Assembly: GCA_009103225.1 (NCBI GenBank)
Contig: RHPI01001616.1
Span: 251,552-315,551 of the forward strand
DNA: 64,000 nt
Direction: 5' to 3'
Source: Chlorokybus atmophyticus
Lineage: Eukaryota > Plantae > Mesostigma and Chlorokybus algae
The notes beneath the pieces were generated by a model. The model was not told the DNA's origin. It saw nothing but the letters and a program-made list of their open reading frames with translations, and made no database searches. This document shows positions 13,201 through 23,600 of the stretch, in pieces. The number at the start of each line of letters is the position of its first letter. Positions within the stretch are counted from its first letter, which is position 1. The position numbers were made by a program, and so were the translations under genes.

Positions 13201-16061
13201 GATTTTTGGTGGCATACNTGCATACTTGGCAAGTATGTAATGGTTTACTTGGATGACATCATTGTCTTTAGTAAAACCAAGGAAGAGCATAAGCAGCACT
13301 TGGAAGCGGTGTTCGCCTTGCTGCGTACACATCGCTTGTTTGCCAATCTTGCGAAGTGTGACTTCTGCAAGACGGAGTTGCCATTCTTGGGGCACATTGT
13401 GAGCGGTGCGGGTGTGAAACCTGACCCTCGCAAAGTGCAATTTGTAAAGGATTGGCCTCAACCTAAGAATATCCATCAGCTGCGATCATTCTTAGGATTG
13501 GCAAACTACTTTCGCAAGTTTATGATGGGGTACTCCACAGTAGTGGTGCCTTTGACAAAACTGTTGCGAAAAGATGCTCCATTCTTATGGACAGCTGAAC
13601 AAGAAGCTGCTATGCAACAGGTGAAGCTAGCTTTGACTTCTGCTCCAGTGTTGGCATTGCCAAACTGGGACAAGCATTTCACTGTGGTTAGCGATGCGTC
13701 CACCCTTGGGTGTGGTGCAGTACTGTTGCAAGATGGCAGACCATGTGCTTATGAGAGTAGGAAGTTCATCCCAGCAGAGGTGAATTACACTACCACCGAG
13801 CAAGAGTTGCTTGGTATAGTACATGCTCTGAAGACATGGCGATATTACTTGGAGGGGGTTCAGTTCACAGTGGTGACTGATCATAATCCATTGGTGTATT
13901 TCTCAACACAGCAAAACTTGTCACGAAGGCAAGCTCGCTGGAATGAGTTTCTGTCTCGGTTTACCTTTGAGTGGGTATACCGGCCAGGCAGAACTAATGT
14001 TGCTGATCCTCTGAGTCGTTGTCCATCATTGTTGGCAGTTATGCGTGCGCAATTGCTTGCGACGCGCGGTACAATGCCACCGGATGATGAGTTTGTGCAA
14101 GCTGTTGTGCAAGGGTATGCTTTTGACCCATGGTTCTCGTCGGAGGACAACGTGCAAAAGCTGAACAAACGAGACAACTTGTATTATGTGGGCACCAGCT
14201 TGGTAATACCTGACCATGCTGGGTTGCGTGCGAAATGCATAGCTGATGTACACGATCCACCGTACGCTGGGCACTTTGGCAGTCGCAAGACTGTTAAGGC
14301 AGCGCAACAGTTGTATTGGTGGCCATCGTTGCCTGTTGACGTAAATCGGTATGTGGACACGTGTGACAAATGTCAGCGTGATAAGCCGTTACGTCAGAAA
14401 CCCGCTGGTTTGCTGCGACCATTGCCTATTCCTGATGGCAAATGGGAAAGTGTGAGTATGGACTTAATTACTGAGCTCCCAGAGACAGCATTAGGTCACA
14501 CTGCGGTTGCATTTTATGTGGATCGTTTGACAAAAATGGTCCACATTGTCCCTTGTCGCACGGAGATAGGCTCCCGTGAGTTGGCGATGGTTTTTGTCGC
14601 GTCTGTGTTCAAGTTGCATGGCTTGCCCCGCAACTTTGTGTCAGATCGCGATCCGCGATTTGTAGCTTAGTTTTGGAAGTCGCTATGCAGCTTCTTACAC
14701 ATTCAGCAGAACATGAGCACTGCTTACCATCCACAGACGGATGGTCAGACAGAACGCGCCAATCAAGTGATTGAGGAAACCATCCGGCATTATGTGAGCC
14801 CGAATCAGAGTGATTGGGATATTTATCTCCCAAGGGCTGAGTTGGCGATCAATAATGCATGGCAAGAGAGTGTGCAGGAGACTCCGTTCTTCTTGAATTA
14901 CGGAGTGCATCCACTGAGTCCTGCGAACATTAAGTTGCCCGCTACTGACGTGACTCGCGTACCTGCAGCGCGCGAGATGGCTTCGGCCATGCAGGATAGG
15001 TTAGCGTTGGCAAAAGACTGTCTGCGCGCAGCGCAAGACAGACAAATAGCCCAAGCTGATGCGCATCGTTGAGAGGCCAACTACGATGTGGGCTGTTCGG
15101 TGCTTCTAAGTACCAAAAACGTATCCATCAAGGGAGTGGGTACCCGCAAGTTTTTCCCTCGCTGGATAGGCCCTTTCAAAATAACTGATCGGGTCGGCAC
15201 TCAAGCGTATCGTTTGGACTTGCTAAAGTCGATACGCATTCACAATGTGTTTCACGTGAGTGTACTGAAACCATACCGTTCTGACGGTCGGGTTCAACCT
15301 CCTCCACCCCCTGTTGCAGTGGATGGCCACGATACTTTCGAGTATGAGGTGGAAGCTGTAACGGGAAGGTGCATTAAATTACCACAAATCGACCATACAA
15401 GCACCAAGTCTTTTGTGGTCGAGTGGGCTGTGACATTGGTCATCGGAGCTTGAGACCCGGGTTCGATTCCTGCCTTGCACACGAATTCCGCGGTCGTTGT
15501 TTCTCGATCCAATAACATCGTAAATGGTCACTTTATGAGTGCCATCATCGATGGGTCGCGACTTGCCTAATGGCAGTCGCGCCGAACTGACCAGTTCAGT
15601 CGGCGCGGCAGGGCGCGACCTGCCTATCGCGGCGACGCGACCTGTGGGGCCGGCAGCGGCGCGGTACGCGCGCGCTGACCGGTATGGGCCTAAATTGGCC
15701 GGTCCTTGGATGGTGGGGCCGGTGACCGACCCTAAATCAGACCCCTGGGAAGATTCCCCAGCTGATGGGCGCCAGCTGCCGAGGACGTCAGCGTTCTTAA
15801 GTGGGGGGGAATGTAACGGGAAGGTACATTAAATTACCACAAATCGACCATAAAAGCACCAAGTCTTTTGTGGTCCAGTGGGCTGTGACAGAAGCAATCC
15901 TGAGTCACCGGAAGCCTCGACGCGGAAGCGCGCCGTCTTACTTGGTGAAATGGAAAGGGTATGGTGTTGAGCACAACACGTGGGAGCCCGAAAGGAATCT
16001 TACCAACTGCCAAGAGATTCTTCGGGGGTACTGGAGTGCTATGTCCACACGCGGACGGTAA
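10281..16061 (+). pseudogene. gag-pol of chromovirus 1 (stops, frameshifts, TRIM insertion)
   Basis: CYVCHQPGHIAKNC knuckle, LIDTGA protease, RT ([17 protein letters not shown]), RNase H, integrase (HDPPYAGH, SDRDPRF) and a chromodomain. Premature stops at 11301, 14668 and 15070, and frameshifts near 12100, 12850 and 13220. Confidence 0.95.
15357..15890 (+). mobile_element. TRIM (non-autonomous miniature LTR element), copy 1
   Basis: 79-bp LTRs TGTAAC..GACA (15357-15435, 15812-15890), PBS TGGTCATCGGAGC, PPT AAGTGGGGGGGAA and 5-bp TSD GAAGC (15352-15356, 15891-15895). No coding capacity. Confidence 0.95.
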
Positions 16062-16171
16062 AAGGGTGCTGGCAGACATCTTTACCGCTTAGGCCCTGGT
16101 TCTCTCACTGCTTTGGTTCTCGGTGCTCATGGTGGGGCTTTGCTAACCCTTCAATGAGGACATTGAAACCT

Positions 16172-16184
16172 AAGTGGGGGGGAA
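16172..16184 (+). promoter_or_regulatory. Polypurine tract of chromovirus 1
   Basis: AAGTGGGGGGGAA immediately before the 3' LTR TGTAAC. Confidence 0.92.
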
Positions 16185-16523
16185 TGTAACGGAGTGCTAC
16201 CTTTATGTAGGTTCCCCGCCCTTATTTAAGATTAAATAAGGGTCCCAACGGGTATATACAGCCAATTAAGCCGTATTAGGGCCGTTAACCTAGTGTTAAG
16301 ACCCTAATGTAGTGTTACTTAATTGTAACACTGATATCGACATGAGACATGAGTCTCATGTCGATATCAGCTGTATGGCGGCACTGCTAACGCAGCAGCC
16401 GCCGTAGCCAGGGGATCTTCTGCTTCGGCAGTTGCCCCTGGCGGCGGCGGTGTGGTCGGCGTGGCTGGTGGTGGTGTTGGGGTAGGGGATTAAAGGGCGG
16501 AGGTAGCACCCCCTCACCTTACA
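16185..16523 (+). repeat. 3' LTR of chromovirus 1
   Basis: Direct repeat of 9102-9440, followed by TSD GTGGC. Confidence 0.97.
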
Positions 16524-19500
16524 GTGGCTGCACGGTAAGCACATATCGCGGTCCCTCCTGACGGTCATTGCGTGCGCGTATGTTGTGCACGTATATAAAC
16601 GCAAGCATGTGATTGGCTTACACCTCCTAGCAGTGTGTATGCTGAGCAGGGGTGGACGTCCAATCGGTAGTGGATCTTGCGCCTGCAATCCATACATCAA
16701 TGAGAATTATACCGTGGTTTGACCCAATCGGAGATAAGTACTGGTCCGACTTCACCAGCGGCATCACGAAGGTGATTGTAACGCACACTTGCCGATGCTA
16801 GCTACAATGCCCTACTGAAGCGACAAGGAGAGTTGCGCGCATATGCCCAGATCCCTCAACGTTGGATCTCTTGAATACCGTGGCCTCACCTACAATGTCA
16901 CCGTGACCGCCTTTGCAGCTTCGGCAAAGTATCCCAAACCGGTTGCTGCTCATGAAGTAATAGCCGTGTTTGCATGGCAAACACAACCATTGCCACATAT
17001 CAGCATAATTGACACAACAGCCATTGCGTGTGACACCACCGCCGGTGTCCCCAGCAGTATTGGTAATGACGCCCACTACCGTTCGCATTGCAGTCCTTAA
17101 AATAAACGTTTAATCGGACTTGAGTGCTTGCTGCGTGGGAAGTACATTGGCAATCTCCCACTCTTCTCAGGTGAAGTTGCGGTATGTTGAGAAGTACTCA
17201 TATACACATGGGCACTCGACTTTTGCTGTGCACGTTTGAGTGCACGGGAGAGTTGCCGGCGTCGCGTACGGTACGCAAACAGCGATCGTGTCAATTTTGA
17301 CATCCCTGCTCTTGTGGTGACAGGATTTCAAGTTGACATTACACCCTTTGTTGGCGTGCTCAATGACGGTCTCGAGCATTACATTACGTTCCTTACCATG
17401 AAAATGTTTTATATATGGCGGATACAAGGTGAGGCAAATACGCCGCTGCACACCCGATTGGTGATTTGTAGTTGATGATGTGTGCTGCGCAGCAGCTTGA
17501 TATCATTAATGCATTGAGCAGGTTGATGCCAACTTGCATGTGCACCTTGATTACGGCGTTGCGGTTGTGACCGGAAAAATGTTATTGGCGCAAGCAATAA
17601 GAGGCTTGGAACCGGTCAATGCTATAAGTGTCAAACTCCCACGTCAACCCAACTACGTCATGGAGTCACAGCTTGTTTATTGGCAGCACAAAATTTGTCG
17701 GTCACTGTAACGGTTTGCACAGCTGCGTATAGGATCTTCATCGCGTGCATGTCGTGGGTTTATGGCCACCAATGCTGATATTAATCATCTCATCTACAAT
17801 GTTGCACGACAGACTTCACGCGGCAGTATCACAACCACAATCACCGGCGATGCATACCGCAAGGCGGATAAGTACCACTTTCACTACACCGTCGACACGC
17901 GGTCCACTGTACATGTGGTGCGTACATAGCAGCAAACACAGTAAGTGCAGCTTGGCCTCGAATACATGTGTCGCAGGTACTGAACGCGACGATAACAATT
18001 GCACGCGCATACGGCCGTGCACCTCCTATGTATACACCAGTCAATCTGTACACATAGGCCGAGCGAAGGTATCATTACTTCTTTGAGACGGGTCACATCC
18101 ATCGATACATAACTTGGACTCCACGTCGTCAACCACTGTGCGCAAGACACCTCACCTTGACGCGTTTTCGCTATACGAGTCGCAAGGCGTTGATGTTTAC
18201 ACCTGCTTTAGATACGACGGCTTGACAGTCTATTACAATCCCAACTACACGTAAGTGTCTGCTCAGGATTCGCAGCTCAACATTAACAAAACTTGCTATA
18301 GCGAGGTGTATCAGTACGGTGCCAGATCAGATTATCCAATCGACATCATCAATGAGAAACGCAGCAACTCATCACAGTGCTCAAGGGGTAAGATGACTTA
18401 CATTCGGTCAAAGGATTGAAGTGCAGTGATCACTTGTCAACCATGATGGTGGATGGTTAGTAGCTGATCCACCAGCTGCATATGTGTTGTTCATGTTCAA
18501 GCATGTTACATGTAGTTGTCTAGCTTGCCTTTTGTATCGTTTTATACAGCAGCAGATACGCAAGTGTTCATGCGGTATAAGGTATGCTTCAACACTAACA
18601 ATGCTTGCAAGCTGTTTCGTGCATGTGCGTGCACACATACGGCAAGGATACTGTTGTATGTGAGGTGCGTACACGATGTACTTGTTTTGGGCAAACAATA
18701 TGTGTGAGAGGGAGTTCTTTTAGAGTATACAACAAGCAACACCTTGCAGACCTCGTGCAAGTCTGCAAGCACGCATAACGTTGTGGCACGGTTGGTAGCC
18801 AGAAGCTGCAATACATTAAGGCAACATGGGTACATCTGGGTACTCAAAACGGTAGGTAATCAGCCTCGCAGCGTATGCAGCTCTGAATGCCATGAGCTGT
18901 AGCCGCACTGCGCGTGCATTGCAACTCGTACCCCAAATGCCATGCTAATCAACATTTAGTGTCAATGGGGCAATAACGGAGCACCACTTGCGGCTACAAG
19001 CTGCAAGTGAACAACATTGTGGAAAGATGGTCCAGCAATAGGGAGTGGGTCAACTTGCGCAGTAGGCTGCACATAGCCAATGTGCTTTGACGTGGCGCAA
19101 GCGCAGGGCCCAACCACACCAAAGGTGACTCGTCTGGAACAAGCTCAATGATACTTATGCACAAGACTGTGCGCAACACTGCGCAATATGCGAGATGCAG
19201 CGCACAAGTGACGCACGTGCATTCTTCCGAGTACTTTGCATGTGGAGGCCGCAGCAAAAAGACAAGCGGCTGGTCCCAATGCCGCAAACACACGTTGCGT
19301 GTGCCACACGGCACTTCACATATCCTGTACACTGTTGCTTCTGCATAAAAGTGCACTGTGTGAGTGGTTGGCACGTCAAAGAGGGAGGACAGAGCTGTTG
19401 CACACGCTACACGACGGAGGGTCTGCTGTGCTGGCCAGTTGAAGGCCTCCTATTTTCTGACGGTACTTTGCTAAATCAAACACCAACGTACCTTACCAAC

Positions 19501-20649
19501 GGTTGATGGCATTCTCATCACAGAACGCGCGTGCATGCGTGTTTGTACGTACACGTGTGCTCGCATCAAGTTTGCTTGCATGCCAACGCGCTGCCATGCT
19601 TACAGTCTTGTTTGCTATGTATACAAGCATACATGTAATTCAGATGTATAGCACATAACATGACTACAGCACTTATGGTTTTGCAGAGAGGTGGTTGCAG
19701 ACACGCTGCTGCAGACACGCCCGTATGCGTGGGTGCAGCCCTGCAGTTGCGTGTCTGCTTGCAAGTTAATCTGTGCACGCATGTGTGGGTGAAAATCCAT
19801 GTGTGTGCGCAAGTGCATGTACACTTGACAGCAGGTGCACTAAATCCAACTGGGTACATTCCTTGATTGCACACCCATCTGCCATTGTACAGGATATGCT
19901 GGCAGTAGTTGGAGACATGCATGACCTCACTCACAGCATGCCAAACAGCAACATGCAAGCACATTACAACACAACCACCGGGCTATACACACTGGTTGTT
20001 CCTCTACTACACTACACTAGTCTAGACCTCCCCGTTAGGCATGCATACATGCGTATTAGTAGTGCATTACCTGCCCACACATGCCCTGTCAGTGTGTTCA
20101 TGTCAAAGTGCTGGTGCATGTGTGCATGCGCCGCTGCGGGAATGCAATCATGTTGGTTGTGTTGTACAAAGTATGCAGGAGGGAATGCATAACATGCAAA
20201 CCTACGTGCTTAGCTGTGGCTGTTCTGTTGGCTTGCTGCGTGAATGAGTGTGTCATGTACAAGACAACACCTCTTTGGAAGAACCATGCTTGTTGAACTG
20301 CGACGTTTGCAACTTGTGTTCACAAAAGTCAGATAGAACCGTGCCACACATGTGACAAGCACATTGCGTCAACCCAAGCACACAAGCGACTCAGTCGGCG
20401 AACAATCGATCACAAAACCACGTTGCATTAACTGTATCTAACCTCCCCCTCTCCCTAGATAGTTATGTATACGTAGTCGAGTTCTGGTCTCCTCAGTCTC
20501 TGTACATATAAGCCCTAAACAACTCCCTACCCAACCCTATCCTCCCGACTCGCACACACTCAGTGGGCCAAAGCCAGACACAACACTCTCAACACCCACC
20601 ACACCCACACCCATACCCACAAACAGGAACCAATCTAACATGTATCGTG

Positions 20650-23600
20650 TCACCGTCCTTCTCTTGGCGGAGGATTGCGTAATTGTGCGTTTGACAGCAT
20701 CTGATGCATGCTTCCCAAACCATTGTCGCTTGCATTGATGTTGTTGTTGTGTATGTCTGCGGCGGTGTTGTTGTGTATGTCCGTGATGATGTCCATGACG
20801 CGGGCAGGGTGAGGCGGCGAGTGCAAATGTGGTTGCCATGACCACAACAAGCTGCTATTCACAGCATCAACGGCAGCAGCCGTAGAGAGGGAGCCTTGCG
20901 TTGGGACCACGCCGTCCGTCTCAGAGTGCTGATTGTGATTGTGATTGTGGTTGTTGGTGTCAGTGCAGTAGCGTTTCGTGTCGTGGGCATCAGCATTCGT
21001 GTTATCCTCGTGGGCGTTGTTGCCAGTGTTTATGTTGTGGGTGTTGTTGTTGCCGCGGTCGTACTCAGCGGAGGTGCGCTTGAAGTAGCTCTCCAACAAT
21101 ATCCCACTCCCGCCTCCACCTGCACCACCTCCATTCCCACCTCCACCTCCACGTGCACCACCTTGGTTCTCTCCCAACATGGCGGCCCACTGCTCGCGCC
21201 ACTCTGTGTCCACGCTGTCCCACGTGTGCACGTGGGTGTGGGCATGCTCACTATTGTCCATGAAGCCATCTTGGTTGTAGTTGTTGCTGTTGTGGTGATG
21301 GTTGTTGTGGTGGTGGTTGTCATCCACCTGCACGTTGTTCTCGCCTGCACCAGAGCATAGCCTGCTGTTGTCCGACCCGGATCCAAATCCAGAACCAGAA
21401 CCAGATCCGGAGCCAGATGCATGTGAGCTTCCTCCTCCGTCCATGTCCGCTGCTTCCAGCTTCACTTTGGCTTCTTGCTTCACTACTCTGGCACTGGATT
21501 CTGCTCCCCTTTCAGTGTCGCTACCGCTCGTGCTGCCATTGTCTTTAACAAAAGCCAGCCGCGTGTGCGTGTGCTTGGCACCCGTCATGCTGTTGGTGTT
21601 GTTGTTGGTGTTGATGTTGGGCTTGATGTCCTCACACATGTTGAGGTTTGTCCACCCTGCGACGTGTGTCGATGAAGGCAAACCCCTCGGGCTCTGCAAC
21701 GATAGGTGTGATACACGCTGAGCTGTTGTTGTGGCTACTGCTAAGGCGTGAGCGTTGTTGTTGGTGATGGCATAACTGCTGTTGCCATTCCTGAAGGCCA
21801 CTCTGGCAGGCTGCCCATGCTGTTGTTGTTGGGCTGCCAGTGTGGACACGCCAATAAGCGACCCGTCCATGACCCCACGCTCACGAGCCACGCGGGCAAG
21901 GTCGCCTCTCAGCGCAGAGGCCGAGCGCCAGGACGGGAGGTTAGTGCTCATGTTGTTGTCCATGTTGTTGCTGTGGCCAGAACTGGAGCTCCCGCTGCCA
22001 TTCTCACCGTACCACATGAGCATAGGCCGCAGCTCAGATGCCGGCACAACCTGCATGAGATGATGTTAGGACCAAAACAACAACTTATACTGTGTGCGCA
22101 TGCATGCGGGGGCATTGGTGTGCATGTACGTGTGTGGGAGGGCATCAGTTGGTGCGTGCACACGGGGAACACACACACACACAACATGTACCTGTACAGG
22201 TGGTTGTCCCGATGCCGGTCCCGCATCCAGTGACACTTGCACCATGTTGTGTCCCAGCAGCCCAACAATAGTACATCCCCACCACGCTGCGTTCCCACCA
22301 CGCACCTCACCCCCCCCGCCAACCACCTCCACGCGGTCCCCGAGGGCCCACCCGAGGTGCGCCTGACCCGCATGAAAGGCGGGTCCACAGGGTGCGCACT
22401 CGGCATTGAAAGGGGCAGGAGGCGAAGGCCTCACTAGTGGCAAAGGTGAAGGTGAGCCCTCATCGCTGCGAAGCGTCAGGTCCCGGGACCTGTACAAAGG
22501 GACCCAAGACGCAGACCTAGGCGGGTTGGGGAATGTGTTTGGGTCCAACACGGGGCCTTGCCTCACGCTTCCTCCTTCACGAGTTCTGTCACAATACTGA
22601 ACCTGCGCTTCAATCTGCGGCTCCGTCCGCGCATCCACATACTGCACACATAGGAATACAACTCAACATCAGAACCCAAAGTGGGAACCAACATCAGGTC
22701 CCAAACACAACATGCAACCAGATCCTGGGATTGGGTCGGTCCTTACCTTTGCATTGAACCAAGCGCCTCGGAACTTCTCTGTTAGGGACTGCACTTCCAC
22801 ATTGTCTCCTTTGCGAAATGGTGGTGGGAATCGCGGTGCAAAGGACGAATTGTTGTTGTTGTTGTTGTGGGCGACATTGCTGAGGGACGGGGAGAGAGGC
22901 GGCCGGGACGCGTAGGAGATTTGGTGGTGATGGTGGTGGTGGTGGTGATGGTGGTGGAAGGAGGAGGATGGAAGGGCCAACATGGTGGGAGTGTCACCGG
23001 CAGCGTCACTGCTGGCGTCGCTGCAGCTGTCATTGTCAAACTCCATGTCGTCTGTGCAAAACACACAAGCGTCAGTGGCTGCATGTGTAGGTGTGCGTTG
23101 GATACCAACCCACATGCATGCTCACAACGATGCGCCCCAACACATGACATACGGGCATGCATGTATGCACGCAACCAACTTGTAAATGCAGCAGGGTACG
23201 CGCACACATGTACACATGCACACATGCATGTGCACTTGCACAACATCCAAGGAAGCAACTCATACCTCCAGCTGCATCGGTATCAGCCATCCACCGATTG
23301 ACGTAGTTGTTGTCATCCTTATTATCCCCGTCCTGGTCATTGCTCATATTGGTGTGCAGCTGCGCCATCATGCGTGGGTTGTGTGCCCCGGGATGATGAG
23401 AATGTTGATGCCCAATCGGAAGGTGATGATGATGATGATGCGACGACGAGGCCACGGGCTCAGATGAAGGGATCATACCAAGACGAATCCACATCTCGCG
23501 CACGGCGGGAGTTTGAGGCTCGGGCAACGGGGGCCCACAACCTGTGTATGTGTGTTTGTGTGGGTATGTTGTGTCGGTTTTCACTCACTCACTGGCAGAA

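Larger units (their letters stand above)
9102..16523 (+). mobile_element. Full-length Ty3/Gypsy chromovirus (copy 1), decayed
   Basis: 339-bp LTRs TG..CA (9102-9440, 16185-16523; about 11 substitutions by eye, ~97% identical). 5-bp TSD GTGGC (9097-9101, 16524-16528), PBS and PPT present. Domain order gag-CCHC-PR-RT-RH-IN-chromodomain. Confidence 0.98.
8150..18395 (+). pseudogene. PNGase A-like pseudogene, copy 2, interrupted by chromovirus 1
   Basis: Signal-peptide exon at ~8150-8290 (with a stop). Exon WYLPRPSTPLSTKSCSVLLAQHSFTQ...KWARVDL...KPITFGVW|[LTR element]|LHG-gtaag. Downstream, DKYWSDFTSGITK, GLTYNVTVTAF and FQVDITPFVGVLNDGLEHYITF. Confidence 0.72.
6500..18400. repeat. Right arm of the inverted segmental duplication (interrupted by chromovirus 1)
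   Basis: Reverse-complement homology to 900-5500. It resumes exactly after the 3' LTR and TSD at 16524. Confidence 0.8.
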
